This document shows, piece by piece, positions 1-10,392 of a stretch of DNA of 64,000 nt (position 1 is the stretch's first letter; the number at the start of each line of letters is the position of its first letter). The notes under the pieces were generated by a model, which worked only from the letters and a program-made list of their open reading frames with translations, was not told the DNA's origin and did not search any database. Origin of the DNA: an uncultured Collinsella sp. Lineage in GTDB: Bacteria > Actinomycetota > Coriobacteriia > Coriobacteriales > Coriobacteriaceae. The DNA is taken from NCBI GenBank assembly GCA_900756945.1, contig CAAELZ010000074.1, positions 2,681-66,680 on the forward strand. Reading direction: 5' to 3'. The translations under genes and the position numbers were made by a program.

Positions 1-2170
1 AGCCGGCGCCGGTCGCCCCGGTGCGGGCTTGCCGTTCTTTAGCGGCTCGGATGCCTCTCAGCAAGGGGGGGGCGGCACCGACACGCTCAAGCAGTTCGCC
101 ACCAACCTCACGCAGAAGGCGCGCGACGGCGAGCTCGATCCCGTGATTGGCCGCGAAAAGGAAGTCCAGCGCATGATGGAGATCCTTTCGCGCCGCACCA
201 AGAACAATCCGCTTATCCTGGGCGATCCCGGCGTGGGCAAGACGGCTATCGTCGAGGGCCTGGCGCAGCAGATTGCTGCTGGCAATGTGCCCGAGAATCT
301 TATGAACCAGAATATCTGGACGCTCGATCTGCCGGGTCTTGTCGCGGGTGCCAAGTATCGCGGTGAGTTTGAGGAGCGCCTCAAGAACGTGATCCAGGAG
401 GCGACCGAAGCCGACGACGTCATCTTGTTTATCGACGAGATGCACACCATCATCGGTGCCGGTTCTGCCGAGGGTTCTATCGATGCGAGCTCTATGCTCA
501 AGCCCGTGCTCGCGCGCGGTGCTTTCCAGATCATTGGTGCCACCACGGCCGAGGAGTTCCGTAAGTACCTCACTAAAGATCCGGCCTTTGAGCGCCGCTT
601 CCAGACCATCGATGTCGAGGAGCCGAGCGTCGAGGACACGGTCAAGATCCTGACCGCGCTCAAGCCGCGCTACGAGGAGCACCACCATGTGCGCTATACG
701 CAGGGTGCTATCGAGGCCGCCGCGAACCTTTCCAACCGCTACATTCAGGATCGCTTCCTGCCCGATAAGGCCATCGACCTCATTGACGAGGCCGGTGCCC
801 GCGCCCGCATCGCCGCCAACCGCGCGCCCGAGCCGGTGCGCGAGGCCGAGCATCGTATAGAGGAGCTCAAGGCCGCCGCGCAGGAGGCCACCGAGGGCGA
901 TGACATGAACAAGGCCGCCGAGATCACCGAGCAGCAGAAGGCCGCCGAGATTGAACTCGCCGAAGCCAAGGCCGCCTGGACCGCCGAGCTCGACGCCAGC
1001 CCGCTCACCATCGACGTGAGTCAGATTGCCGACATCGTGTCCGTGACCTCTGGCGTGCCGGTTTCCTCGCTCACCGAGAGCGAGAGCCGTCGCCTGCTGC
1101 AGACCGAAAGCGTGCTCAAGACCCGCATTATCGGCCAGGACGAGGCCGTCGAGGCCGTCGCCAAGGCCGTGCGCCGCAGCCGCTCGCCGCTCAAGGACCC
1201 GCGTCGTCCCGGCGGCAGCTTTATCTTCCTGGGTCCCACCGGCACGGGCAAGACCGAGCTCGCCAAGACGCTCGCCGAGTATCTCTTTGGCAGCAAAGAC
1301 GCGCTCATCAGCTTCGACATGTCCGAGTTCGGTAGCGAGTTCGAGGTCTCCAAGCTCATCGGTAGCCCTCCGGGCTACGTCGGTCACGACGAGGGCGGCC
1401 AGCTCACCAAGGCCGTTCGTCGCCACCCGTACTCGGTCGTGCTGTTCGACGAGATCGAGAAGGCGCACCCCGATATCTTCAACATCTTGCTGCAGGTGCT
1501 GGAGGAGGGCCGCCTGACCGATAGCCAGGGCAAGACGGTCGACTTCCGCAACACCGTGATCATCATGACGTCCAATGTGGGCGCCCGCGAGATTGCGCAG
1601 GATGCGAGCGTGGGCTTTGGCACCACCGGCGAGCAGGGTCTCACGTCGAGTGAGATCCGTGGTCGCGCGATGGGCGAGCTCAAGCGCCTGTTCCGCCCCG
1701 AGCTGCTCAACCGTATCGACGACATCGTGGTGTTCCAGAAGCTCTCGGGCGAGAATCTCACCAAGATCGCGCACCTGCTGGTGGACGACCTGCGCCAGCG
1801 TCTGATTGCCAACGGCATGAACATCAAGCTCACCGATGCGGCCTATGACAAGATCGTGGCCGAGGGCACCGACCTCACCAACGGTGCGCGTCCGCTGCGC
1901 CGTGCTATTCAAAAGCTCATCGAGGACCCGCTGTCCGAGGAACTTCTGGCCGGCGAGTGGGGCGAGGGCGATACCGTCCTGTGCGACGTGGCCGATGGCA
2001 AGTTTGTCTTTAGCCACGGCACGGGCGAGATTCCGGCACCGCGTCCGGCAGGTACGCTCGGTGGCGATACCACCCCGCCGGCACCGCACACTGGCAGCGC
2101 CGCGCCCGTGAGCGGCGGCGTGACCTCGGGCCCCGGCGGCATGATGCAAGCCGGTTCCGGCGCGCTGTAG
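1..2170 (+). CDS. clpC: ATP-dependent Clp protease ATPase subunit ClpC (5'-truncated by the window edge)
   Basis: Two AAA+ modules: GDPGVGKT / LFIDE and GPTGTGKT / LFDEIEKAH. Also [20 protein letters not shown] and [10 protein letters not shown]. The N-terminal Clp repeat domain is absent from the visible frame, so the true start is probably upstream. Confidence 0.92.
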   Translation, partial: AGAGRPGAGLPFFSGSDASQQGGGGTDTLKQFATNLTQKARDGELDPVIGREKEVQRMMEILSRRTKNNPLILGDPGVGKTAIVEGLAQQIAAGNVPENLMNQNIWTLDLPGLVAGAKYRGEFEERLKNVIQEATEADDVILFIDEMHTIIGAGSAEGSIDASSMLKPVLARGAFQIIGATTAEEFRKYLTKDPAFERRFQTIDVEEPSVEDTVKILTALKPRYEEHHHVRYTQGAIEAAANLSNRYIQDRFLPDKAIDLIDEAGARARIAANRAPEPVREAEHRIEELKAAAQEATEGDDMNKAAEITEQQKAAEIELAEAKAAWTAELDASPLTIDVSQIADIVSVTSGVPVSSLTESESRRLLQTESVLKTRIIGQDEAVEAVAKAVRRSRSPLKDPRRPGGSFIFLGPTGTGKTELAKTLAEYLFGSKDALISFDMSEFGSEFEVSKLIGSPPGYVGHDEGGQLTKAVRRHPYSVVLFDEIEKAHPDIFNILLQVLEEGRLTDSQGKTVDFRNTVIIMTSNVGAREIAQDASVGFGTTGEQGLTSSEIRGRAMGELKRLFRPELLNRIDDIVVFQKLSGENLTKIAHLLVDDLRQRLIANGMNIKLTDAAYDKIVAEGTDLTNGARPLRRAIQKLIEDPLSEELLAGEWGEGDTVLCDVADGKFVFSHGTGEIPAPRPAGTLGGDTTPPAPHTGSAAPVSGGVTSGPGGMMQAGSGAL

Positions 2171-2195
2171 GGCGTAACAAAACCTTGTGTCCACG

Positions 2196-2222
2196 AGGGC
2201 GTTCCAAAGGAGCGCCCTTTTT
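2196..2222 (+). terminator. Probable intrinsic terminator after clpC
   Basis: GAGGGCGTTCC-AAA-GGAGCGCCCTT hairpin followed by a T run. Confidence 0.65.
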
Positions 2223-2495
2223 CTGTTGGAAAGCCCCCTTCGTTCAAAGTAGATCTCATTAAACATATCAATGGCGTATGCATAAACGTTGATCAAGCGT
2301 TGAGGTTGGTTGAAGGGTCCAACGTTCCTTCGGCGCGGCCCGTCTAACCTGCTTTACCTTAATAAAGTGGCGTCTCCCCACCGTTAGCCGATGATGCAAG
2401 GGCGCTCGGCGTTTTCGACTGGTTTATGCACGCAAAGTCTGGGAATATACAAGGCGCATGTCTTACTGTCTAACCAGTTGCGCCAAGGAGGCACC

Positions 2496-3953
2496 ATGGA
2501 TTACAAGATCACCGGCTACGAGCCCGCCCAGCTGTTCCATTTCTTTGAGGAGGTCAGCGCGATCCCCCGTGGGTCTGGCAACGAGAAGGGCATCAGCGAT
2601 TTCCTGGTTGCGTTTGCCAAGGAGCGCGGCCTCGATGTGTACCAGGATGAGGTCTACAACGTCATCATTCGCAAGCCCGCTTCTGCCGGCGCCGAGAATG
2701 CCCCGACTGTGATGCTGCAGGGCCACATCGATATGGTGTGCGACAAGTTGGGCTCTGTTGAGCACGACTTTACGACCGACGGTATCGACCTGGTCGTGAA
2801 GGACGGCGTCCTCACCGCTAACGGCACCACCCTGGGCGCCGACAACGGTATTGCTGTCGCTCTGATGCTTACTGTGCTCAACGACGATTCGATTGCTCAC
2901 CCCGCCCTCGAGTGCGTATTCACCACCGACGAGGAGACTGGCCTGGTCGGCGCCGAGACGCTCGACAAGTCCCAGATTAGCGCCCGCACCATGATTAACC
3001 TTGACTCCGAGGAAGAGGGCGTTGCCACCGTCAGCTGCGCCGGTGGCGTCGTCGTTACCTACACCTGCCCCATCGTGCGCGAGCACAAGACCGGCAGCAC
3101 CCTCACGCTCGACATCTCCGGCCTACTGGGTGGTCATTCCGGCAACGATATCAACCTGGAGCGCGGCAACGGCAACCTCATCATGGCCCGCATCATCGAC
3201 CGCCTGATGGTCGCCGGCGAGCCCGCCATCGTTAGCTTTAACGGCGGCACTAAGGACAACGCCATCAACCGTGAGTGCAAGGCCGAGCTGGTTTACGCCG
3301 ACCACGCTGCCGCCGAGGCCGCGGCCCAGATCGCAAAGGGCATCATCGCCGACGTCACTGCCGAGCTCGAGGTCTTCGACCCCGGCTTTACCTGCACCGT
3401 CGAGATTGCCGACGACGCCGAGGTCGAGGCCATGGATCAGAAGTCCGCGCTTGCCCTCATCCGCGCCCTGCGTCTTGCCCCTAACGGCGTGATTCGCCGC
3501 AACGTCGCCACCGACGGCTCCGTCGAGGTTTCCTCCAACATCGGTGTGGTTGCCACCTCTGACGACGAGGTCAAGATCATGCTGTCCCCGCGTTCCTCGA
3601 TCACCTCGCTGCAGAACGAGTTCAAGGATCGTCTGCAGACGCTGGCCGATGTCCTGGGCTTCGACGCCAAGTTTGAGTTCGAGTATCCCGGCTGGAGCTA
3701 TGCCGAGCATTCGTCGGTCCGCGACGTCTTTGTCGAGAGCTATCGCGAGCTCTTTGGCTCCGAGCTGCGCATCGAGTCCATCCATGCCGGCCTTGAGTGC
3801 GGCCTGTTTGCCGAGGCCCTGCACGGCCTGGACGCCATCGCCGTGGGCCCGACGCTCTCCGATGTCCACACCCCGGACGAGAGCATGGAGCTCGCTTCCG
3901 CCGAGCGCTTCTACGAGCTGCTCATCGACGTCCTCAAGCGCCTCGCTGCGTAA
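2496..3953 (+). CDS. pepD: Aminoacyl-histidine dipeptidase (M20 family)
   Basis: IPRGSGNE, LQGHIDMV, TTLGADNG, TTDEETGL, GGHSG, IHAGLECG and HTPDE motifs. AAGGAGG RBS precedes the ATG at 2496. Confidence 0.9.
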   Translation: MDYKITGYEPAQLFHFFEEVSAIPRGSGNEKGISDFLVAFAKERGLDVYQDEVYNVIIRKPASAGAENAPTVMLQGHIDMVCDKLGSVEHDFTTDGIDLVVKDGVLTANGTTLGADNGIAVALMLTVLNDDSIAHPALECVFTTDEETGLVGAETLDKSQISARTMINLDSEEEGVATVSCAGGVVVTYTCPIVREHKTGSTLTLDISGLLGGHSGNDINLERGNGNLIMARIIDRLMVAGEPAIVSFNGGTKDNAINRECKAELVYADHAAAEAAAQIAKGIIADVTAELEVFDPGFTCTVEIADDAEVEAMDQKSALALIRALRLAPNGVIRRNVATDGSVEVSSNIGVVATSDDEVKIMLSPRSSITSLQNEFKDRLQTLADVLGFDAKFEFEYPGWSYAEHSSVRDVFVESYRELFGSELRIESIHAGLECGLFAEALHGLDAIAVGPTLSDVHTPDESMELASAERFYELLIDVLKRLAA

Positions 3954-4033
3954 AGGTCGCCTTGGTTAAGCCGCTCTAAAACGGCTGGCTATGAAAACGG
4001 CCGCCTGGCGTAATGCCGGGCGGCCGTTATTCG

Positions 4034-4612
4034 TTACAGTGCGAGGATCCCCAGATGCTCAAGCAAGATCTTAAGCCCGATGAGGATGAGCACGACGCCA
4101 CCCACGATGGTGGCAGGCTTTTCGTAACGCGCGCCAAAGGTGTGGCCGATCGCCACGCCGGCGATGGAGAAGATAAAGGTCGTGATGCCGATGAGCGACA
4201 CGGCGGGCACGATGTCGACCGAGAGCGCGGCAAATGAGATGCCCACGGCTAGGGCGTCGATTGAGGTGGCGATGGCGAGGATCAGGTACTCGCCTAGGTC
4301 AATCTTTTCGGCATCCTTGCCGTCGCCTTCATCCTCGTCCTCGGTAAAGGCCTCCCACAGCATTTTGCCGCCGATGAAGGCCAATAGGATAAAGGCGATC
4401 CAATGGTCGATGGGTCCGATGATGCCCATGAATTGACTGCCGAGCGCCCATCCGATTACGGGCATGCCGGCCTGAAAGCCGCCAAAGAACAGGCCGAGCG
4501 CCACGGCGACTTTAAAGTTGATCTTCTTCATGCCGAGGCCCTTGCAGATGGAAACGGCAAAGGCGTCCATCGAAAGGCCAACGGCGACCAACACGAGCTC
4601 TGCGAGTCCCAT
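4034..4612 (-). CDS. mntP: Manganese efflux pump MntP family
   Basis: Duplicated LSMDAFAV / ATSIDALAVG motifs in a 6-TM hydrophobic protein. Confidence 0.9.
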   Translation of the reverse strand: MGLAELVLVAVGLSMDAFAVSICKGLGMKKINFKVAVALGLFFGGFQAGMPVIGWALGSQFMGIIGPIDHWIAFILLAFIGGKMLWEAFTEDEDEGDGKDAEKIDLGEYLILAIATSIDALAVGISFAALSVDIVPAVSLIGITTFIFSIAGVAIGHTFGARYEKPATIVGGVVLILIGLKILLEHLGILAL

Positions 4613-4644
4613 AGTCTGGCTCCCTCTCTGCGGGCGAACCCGAT

Positions 4645-4730
4645 TACACGACTACTCCCTCATTTATATGAGACCCGATGCTACCACATGGGCGGTCAAA
4701 AGATCCCGTCCCAAATGAGCTACCTAAGCT
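4645..4730 (-). promoter_or_regulatory. Putative structured leader (possible Mn-sensing riboswitch) of mntP
   Basis: On the minus strand a CTCATTT...AAATGAG stem encloses a GGGAC...GTCTC stem and is followed by GGGAGTAG, a motif recalled from yybP-ykoY riboswitches. The motif order does not match the canonical family. Confidence 0.35.
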
Positions 4731-4832
4731 GTGTTCGCTCATTCTGTAAGCATCGGATTTCGCAAGCGCCGCAGGGACAAACCGTGAGAAACTATTTAGC
4801 GTTTATGGAGCGTATACGATGGGAGCGATGCC

Positions 4833-5900
4833 TTGGATAAGAACGAGCTGCAAAAGCGTATGGAGCAGGCCATTCGCCTGACGGCACCTGGCCAGCCGAT
4901 CCGCACCGCCCTCGACATGATCATTGCTGGTCACCTGGGCGCTCTTATTTGCGTCGGCGACACCGAAAACGTGCTCGCTGCTGGTAACGACGGCTTCCCG
5001 CTCAACATTTCGTTTACCTCGAACCGCCTGTTCGAGCTTTCCAAGATGGACGGCGCCATCGTCATCGACGGCGACCTCACCCAGATCCTGCGCGCCAACT
5101 TCCACCTCAATCCCGATCCCTCGCTTGCCACGAGTGAGACGGGCATGCGTCACCGCACCGCCGCCCGCATGTCGGTGCTCACGGATGCCATCGTGATCTC
5201 GGTCTCGGCCCGTCGTGCCGTCGTCAACGTGTACGTTCACGGCAAGAGCTACGAGATCCAGCCCGTCACCACCATCATGAGCTCGGTCAACCAGCTCGTC
5301 GCCACGCTCCAGACTACCCGTCAGTCGCTCGACCGCTCCCTGCTGCGCCTGACGGCCCTTGAGCTCGACGACTACGTTACGCTCGCCGACATTACCGGGA
5401 TTTTCTCGAGCTTCGAGATCATGCAGCAGGCAAAGACCGAACTTAAGGATTGCATTGTCAAGCTGGGCAACCAGGGCAAGCTCGTGCAGATGCAGCTCGA
5501 GCAGCTCGCCGGCTCCAGCATGGATACCGAGTACGACCTGATGATTCGCGACTATGCGAGCGATTCCTCCGAGGCCAATGCCGAAAAGATCCGCGCCAAC
5601 CTGAGCCGTATGACGCCCAAGGACTTGTCCGACCCGCAGCATGTGGCGGCGGTTCTGGGTTACGACGACCTGGACGAGGACTCCGTCATGACACCGCTGG
5701 GCCTGCGCACGCTTTCGCGCGTGTCCGTCGTGCGCGACGGCGTGGCCGAGAAGATCGTCGACGAGTATGGATCGCTGCAGGAGCTCATGGACGACATCAG
5801 CGAGGATCCGGAGCGCCTAGGCGACTTTGGCGTCAACAACCCTGCCATTCTTGCGGACTCCCTGTACCGCATGAAGGGCACCAAACAGGGGAACGCATAA
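4833..5900 (+). CDS. disA: DNA integrity scanning diadenylate cyclase DisA
   Basis: DAC motifs MDGA and ETGMRHRTA, APGQPIR N-terminus, and C-terminal HhH-like region. TTG start. Confidence 0.9.
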   Translation: MDKNELQKRMEQAIRLTAPGQPIRTALDMIIAGHLGALICVGDTENVLAAGNDGFPLNISFTSNRLFELSKMDGAIVIDGDLTQILRANFHLNPDPSLATSETGMRHRTAARMSVLTDAIVISVSARRAVVNVYVHGKSYEIQPVTTIMSSVNQLVATLQTTRQSLDRSLLRLTALELDDYVTLADITGIFSSFEIMQQAKTELKDCIVKLGNQGKLVQMQLEQLAGSSMDTEYDLMIRDYASDSSEANAEKIRANLSRMTPKDLSDPQHVAAVLGYDDLDEDSVMTPLGLRTLSRVSVVRDGVAEKIVDEYGSLQELMDDISEDPERLGDFGVNNPAILADSLYRMKGTKQGNA

Positions 5901-6628
5901 TGGCGCCCGTATGCGCCGTGGTCGTTGCCGGCGGCAGTGGCCAGCGCTTTGGAAATCCCGGCGGCAAGCAGCTCGTTAACGTGGCGGGCCGTCCGCTCAT
6001 GAGCTGGTCTATCCGCGCATTTGACCGTAGCAATAAGGTCGGCCACATCGTGGTGGTGTGTCCTTCCGAGCGCCGTGCCGAGATGCGCCGCCTGGCCATC
6101 GACCCGTTTGACTATGACACGCCCATCAGCTTTGCCGATGCCGGCGAGACCCGCCAGGATTCCACCCGTGCCGGCGTGCATGCGGCTCCGGCGGGTTTCG
6201 AATATGTCGCCATCCACGACGGCGCCCGTCCGCTTATCACGACCGAGGCCATCGATCACGCTATTGACGTGCTCGTGAGCGACCGCGCCCTCGACGGTGT
6301 CGTGTGCGGTCAGCCCGCAATTGACACGCTCAAGATCGTCGATGGCGATAATATCGTCGAGACGCCGCCGCGCGAGCTCTATTGGGCCGCGCAGACGCCG
6401 CAGATCTTTAGCGTCGACGCCATGAAGCGCGCTCACGCCGCTGCTATCGCCGAGGGCTTTATCGGCACCGACGATTCATCGCTGGTCGAGCGCATGGGCG
6501 GGCGCGTCCGCTGTGTCCAGAGCCCGCGCGATAACCTTAAGGTGACGGTGCCCGAGGACCTGCGTCCCGTAACCGCGATTCTGCTCGGTCGCATGGCCGA
6601 GGGAGAGGACCTTCCCCATGTTCAGTAA
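5900..6628 (+). CDS. ispD: 2-C-methyl-D-erythritol 4-phosphate cytidylyltransferase
   Basis: AGGSGQRF..KQ, IHDGARP, AQTPQ, TDDSS and NLKVT motifs. The ATG overlaps the disA stop (TAATG). Confidence 0.93.
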   Translation: MAPVCAVVVAGGSGQRFGNPGGKQLVNVAGRPLMSWSIRAFDRSNKVGHIVVVCPSERRAEMRRLAIDPFDYDTPISFADAGETRQDSTRAGVHAAPAGFEYVAIHDGARPLITTEAIDHAIDVLVSDRALDGVVCGQPAIDTLKIVDGDNIVETPPRELYWAAQTPQIFSVDAMKRAHAAAIAEGFIGTDDSSLVERMGGRVRCVQSPRDNLKVTVPEDLRPVTAILLGRMAEGEDLPHVQ

Positions 6629-7112
6629 CCTGCGCATTGGCCACGGCTACGACGTCCACCGTTTGGTGGAGGGGCGTCGATGTATCATCGGCGGGGTTGA
6701 CATTCCCTACGAGCGCGGCCTGCTGGGCCACTCGGATGCCGATGTGCTCGCGCACGCCTTGGCCGACGCCATTCTGGGCGCCTGCCGCGGGGGAGATATC
6801 GGCAAGCTATTCCCCGACACCGATCCCGCCTACGAGGGTGCCGATTCGATGGTGCTGCTCGCTCGCGTGATGGACTATGCGCGCGAGCTTGGCTTTGAGT
6901 TTGTCGATGCCGATTGCACCATTGCCTGCCAGCAACCCAAGATCACTCCGCACCGCGATGCCATGCGCGCCAACCTTGCCCATGCCCTGGGTGTCGACGT
7001 CGAAAACGTGGGCGTCGCCGCCACCACGACCGAAAAGCTCGGTTGGGAAGGCCAAGGCGAGGGAATTGGCGCCTGGGCCGTCTGCCTGCTACAGAAAACC
7101 GTTAAGGAGTAA
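6618..7112 (+). CDS. ispF: 2-C-methyl-D-erythritol 2,4-cyclodiphosphate synthase
   Basis: RIGHGYDVH, GHSDADV, GDIGKLFPD and ATTTEKLG motifs. Confidence 0.95.
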   Translation: MFSNLRIGHGYDVHRLVEGRRCIIGGVDIPYERGLLGHSDADVLAHALADAILGACRGGDIGKLFPDTDPAYEGADSMVLLARVMDYARELGFEFVDADCTIACQQPKITPHRDAMRANLAHALGVDVENVGVAATTTEKLGWEGQGEGIGAWAVCLLQKTVKE

Positions 7113-7115
7113 CGA

Positions 7116-8582
7116 ATGCGTATCTACAACAGCGCTACCCATAAAAAGGAAGAGTTCCAGCCCATCGAGTCCGGCAAGGTTCGCATGTACGTGTGCGGCC
7201 CCACGGTCTACGACAACATCCACATCGGCAATGCTCGCACGTTCATCAGCTTTGACGTGATTCGTCGCTGGCTCATCGCGAGCGGCTACGAGGTCACGTT
7301 CGCCCAGAACCTCACCGATGTCGATGACAAGATCATCAAGCGCGCCAACGAGCAGGGCCGCACGGCCGCCGAGGTCGCGACGGAGTTCTCCGACAAGTTC
7401 ATCGGCGTCATGCGTGCCGCCAACGTGCTCGATCCCGATGTGCGCCCCCGCGCCACCAAGGAGATCGGCCCCATGATCGCTATGATCAAGACGCTTATCG
7501 AGCAGGGCCATGCCTACGCCGCCGATAACGGCGACGTGTACTTTGCCGTGCGCAGCGATCCCAACTATGGTCAGGTTTCGGGCCGCAACATCGACGATCT
7601 GATGGTTGGCGCGCGCATCGAGGAGAACGAGGACAAGAACGACCCGCTCGACTTTGCCCTGTGGAAGGCCGCCAAGCCCGGCGAGCCCAGCTGGCCGAGC
7701 CCCTGGGGCGAAGGCCGTCCCGGTTGGCACACCGAGTGCGCCGCCATGGTGCATCGCTACCTGGGCACCCCGATCGATATCCACGGCGGCGGCTCCGACC
7801 TTGCCTTCCCGCATCACGAGAACGAGTGCGCCCAGGCCACCTGCGCCTGGCACCAGGGCTTCTCCAACACCTGGATGCACACGGGCATGCTGCTGGTAGA
7901 CGGCGAGAAAATGTCCAAGTCGCTCGGCAACTTCTTTACGCTGGCCGAGGTCCTCGATCAGCACTCCGCTGCCGCCCTGCGCCTGCTGATGCTGCAGACG
8001 AGCTATCGGTCGCCGCTCGACTTTTCTTGGGAGCGCCTGGAGGGTGCCGAGAATTCGCTCACGCGTATCGCCGGTACGGTCGAGAACCTGCGCTGGGCCG
8101 CGAACCATGCGACGGCCGATGCCGATGAGGCAGCATCCGAGGCGTTTGCCGCCAAGGCCGCCGAGACCCGCGCCACCTTTAAGGAGTGCATGGACGACGA
8201 CTTTAACACCGCCGGTGCCATGGGTGCCGTCTTTGGCTTTGTGACCGAGTGCAACCAGTACCTGGAGCAGGCGGGCGACGCCGCCGACAAGGCCGCTGCC
8301 CTGGCCGCCGCCGATACGCTGGTCGAGCTGCTCGATACGTTTGGTGTTGAGCTTCCCGAGCCCAAGGTCGAGCTGCCGCTGGGTCTGCTGGGCGTTGCCG
8401 CCGGTCTGGTTGCCTATACGGGCGACGACGTGGACGAGGCTGCTGCCAAGATTCTTGAGGCCCGCGCCGAGGCCCGTGCCGCCAAGAACTGGGATCTGGC
8501 CGACGCCATCCGCGATCAGCTCAAGGACCTGGGTCTGACGATTGAAGATACCGCCGCCGGCACCCGTATTAAGACTCTCTAA
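7116..8582 (+). CDS. cysS: Cysteine--tRNA ligase
   Basis: YVCGPTVY, HIGN, GRPGWHTEC, FPHHENE and KMSKS motifs. Confidence 0.96.
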   Translation: MRIYNSATHKKEEFQPIESGKVRMYVCGPTVYDNIHIGNARTFISFDVIRRWLIASGYEVTFAQNLTDVDDKIIKRANEQGRTAAEVATEFSDKFIGVMRAANVLDPDVRPRATKEIGPMIAMIKTLIEQGHAYAADNGDVYFAVRSDPNYGQVSGRNIDDLMVGARIEENEDKNDPLDFALWKAAKPGEPSWPSPWGEGRPGWHTECAAMVHRYLGTPIDIHGGGSDLAFPHHENECAQATCAWHQGFSNTWMHTGMLLVDGEKMSKSLGNFFTLAEVLDQHSAAALRLLMLQTSYRSPLDFSWERLEGAENSLTRIAGTVENLRWAANHATADADEAASEAFAAKAAETRATFKECMDDDFNTAGAMGAVFGFVTECNQYLEQAGDAADKAAALAAADTLVELLDTFGVELPEPKVELPLGLLGVAAGLVAYTGDDVDEAAAKILEARAEARAAKNWDLADAIRDQLKDLGLTIEDTAAGTRIKTL

Positions 8583-8588
8583 TCCCCG

Positions 8589-8690
8589 CGGGTTTCCCAA
8601 GCACCCGACCTTGCCGTTCAAACCGTCGCTCGCGTACTCAAGTACGCGTCGCTCCTCTTTCACGGCAATCTCGGGCACTTGGAAAACCCG
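8589..8690. repeat. About 100-bp imperfect palindrome (REP/MITE-like hairpin)
   Basis: CGGGTTT.CCAAG..CCCGA..TTGCCGT pairs with ACGGCAA..TCGGG..CTTGG.AAACCCG. The apical stem is CGCGTAC-TCAA-GTACGCG. Confidence 0.75.
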
Positions 8691-8769
8691 TACCGACCGC
8701 CCGAATTAATATTTATGGGCGGTCGATTCTTTTGTCTTGTTTGAAAAGTGTTTTAAAGGAGGCCGTTTT

Positions 8770-9684
8770 ATGGCCGACAATCGCAAGCGTGCGCCTCGTG
8801 GCGGCAAGCAGGCTGCTTCTGGCTCGCGTCCGATTCGCCGCAATGACCGCACTGCCGCTCCCAAGGGCCAGCGCGATCGCACCCAGGCCGCACGTCCGCA
8901 GCGCGATCGCAACCGCGACAACGTTCAGGCTCCCAAGGGCGAGTTTATCGAAGGTCGTCGTGCTGCCGCCGAGGCGCTACGCACTGGTTTTCCCATCAAG
9001 TGCGCGCTCATTGCCGAGGGCGGGGAGCGTGATGCCGCCTTGTCGCGCCTGGTCGACGACCTCAACGCCGCGGGTGTCCGCATTAAGTATGTGCCGCGCG
9101 CGCAGCTCGACGCACTGTCGAGCCATGGCGCTCACCAGGGCATCGCGCTCGAGGTTGGCAACTTCCCCTATGCCGATGTCGCCGATATTCTCGACCGCGC
9201 AGGCGAGGGCCCGGCACTTGTCGTGGTGCTCGACCATGTGACTGACGACGGCAACTTTGGTGCCATCGTGCGCTCCGCCGAGGTTGTGGGCGCGGCCGGC
9301 GTCATCATTGCCAACAAGCGCGCCGCCGGCGTGACCGTGGGCAGCTACAAGACTTCAGCCGGCGCCGTCATGCATCTGCCTATCGCGCAGGTGCCCAACA
9401 TCGCCCGTGCACTCGACGATCTTAAGGCCGCTGGCTTTTGGGTGGGCGGCGCTTCCGAGCATGCTGAGGGCAGCTGCTGGGATGCCCCCTTCGAGGGCCG
9501 CGTGGCGCTCGTCATGGGTTCCGAGGGTGATGGCATTTCGCGCCTGGTGCTCGAGAAATGCGACTTTTTGACCAAGCTTCCCCAGCGCGGCATGACCGAG
9601 AGCCTCAATGTTGCCCAGGCGACCACGGCGCTGTGCTTTGAGTGGCTGCGCCGCAACGCCGGCGAGCTCATGGGAGAGGAGTAG
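8770..9684 (+). CDS. rlmB: 23S rRNA Gm2251 2'-O-methyltransferase (SpoU/TrmH family)
   Basis: HQGI, LDHVTDDGNFGAIVRSA, KTSAGA, MGSEGDG and ESLNVA motifs; the usual position after cysS. Confidence 0.9.
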   Translation: MADNRKRAPRGGKQAASGSRPIRRNDRTAAPKGQRDRTQAARPQRDRNRDNVQAPKGEFIEGRRAAAEALRTGFPIKCALIAEGGERDAALSRLVDDLNAAGVRIKYVPRAQLDALSSHGAHQGIALEVGNFPYADVADILDRAGEGPALVVVLDHVTDDGNFGAIVRSAEVVGAAGVIIANKRAAGVTVGSYKTSAGAVMHLPIAQVPNIARALDDLKAAGFWVGGASEHAEGSCWDAPFEGRVALVMGSEGDGISRLVLEKCDFLTKLPQRGMTESLNVAQATTALCFEWLRRNAGELMGEE

Positions 9685-9687
9685 CGC

Positions 9688-10365
9688 ATGTCCAAGAAGA
9701 ACCGCGCCAAGTCCAAGGCCAAGCGCTTTGGCGAGGGCTCGGCCAAGCCGATTGTTTCGGCCGCGACCTATGGCGTGGGCGGCAATGCGTTTGCGCAGGC
9801 CATCGCCGACCCGGTCTCGACGGTGCACTCCAATAAGCCCGAGCTGTTGGTGGTCGACGGCTACAACGTGATTCACTGCACGCCGCGCTACGAAAAGCTC
9901 GTCTACGACCATTCCGATGATCCGTATTTCAGCGACGTTCACGATATGGCGCGCACGGCACTCATCAACGATGTTGCCGCGTTTGCCCAGGGCCGCTACG
10001 AGGCCGTAATCGTGTTCGACGGCGCGGGCAATATCTCCAACGAGCGCCCTAATCTGCCCGCCCGCGGCGTGCGTATCGAGTTTTCGCCAACGGGCGTCTC
10101 TGCCGATACCGTGGTGCAGAAGCTCTGCATCGAGGCGCGCGAAGAAGGCCGCGCGTGCTCCGTGGTGTCGAGCGACGGCACGATCCAGGCCGTCGTCATG
10201 GGCAAGGGTGTTACGCGCATCTCGAGCCGCATGCTGGTGGACGAGATCAAACAGATCGACAACGACGTACACGAGGCCGAGGAAGCCCCGCAGATTAAGA
10301 TGACTCTGGGCAGTCGCCTGAGCCCCGATGCCCTGGCCAAGCTCAAGGCCCTGCGCGGGAGGTAG
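9688..10365 (+). CDS. NYN/PIN-domain ribonuclease, YacP/Rae1-like
   Basis: LVVDGYNV, IVFDG, SADTV and VVSSD motifs; the usual position after rlmB. Confidence 0.8.
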   Translation: MSKKNRAKSKAKRFGEGSAKPIVSAATYGVGGNAFAQAIADPVSTVHSNKPELLVVDGYNVIHCTPRYEKLVYDHSDDPYFSDVHDMARTALINDVAAFAQGRYEAVIVFDGAGNISNERPNLPARGVRIEFSPTGVSADTVVQKLCIEAREEGRACSVVSSDGTIQAVVMGKGVTRISSRMLVDEIKQIDNDVHEAEEAPQIKMTLGSRLSPDALAKLKALRGR

Positions 10366-10392
10366 GGGAGTTGGCGGGGCAATGCTGCCTCG

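Noticed and set aside
2391..2495. Longer N-termini given in the ORF track (pepD, ispD, tuf, asnS, esterase, galU, birA, fabH, fabD and others)
   Set aside because: Downstream starts have clear Shine-Dalgarno sites and match the family N-termini, so the starts were trimmed.
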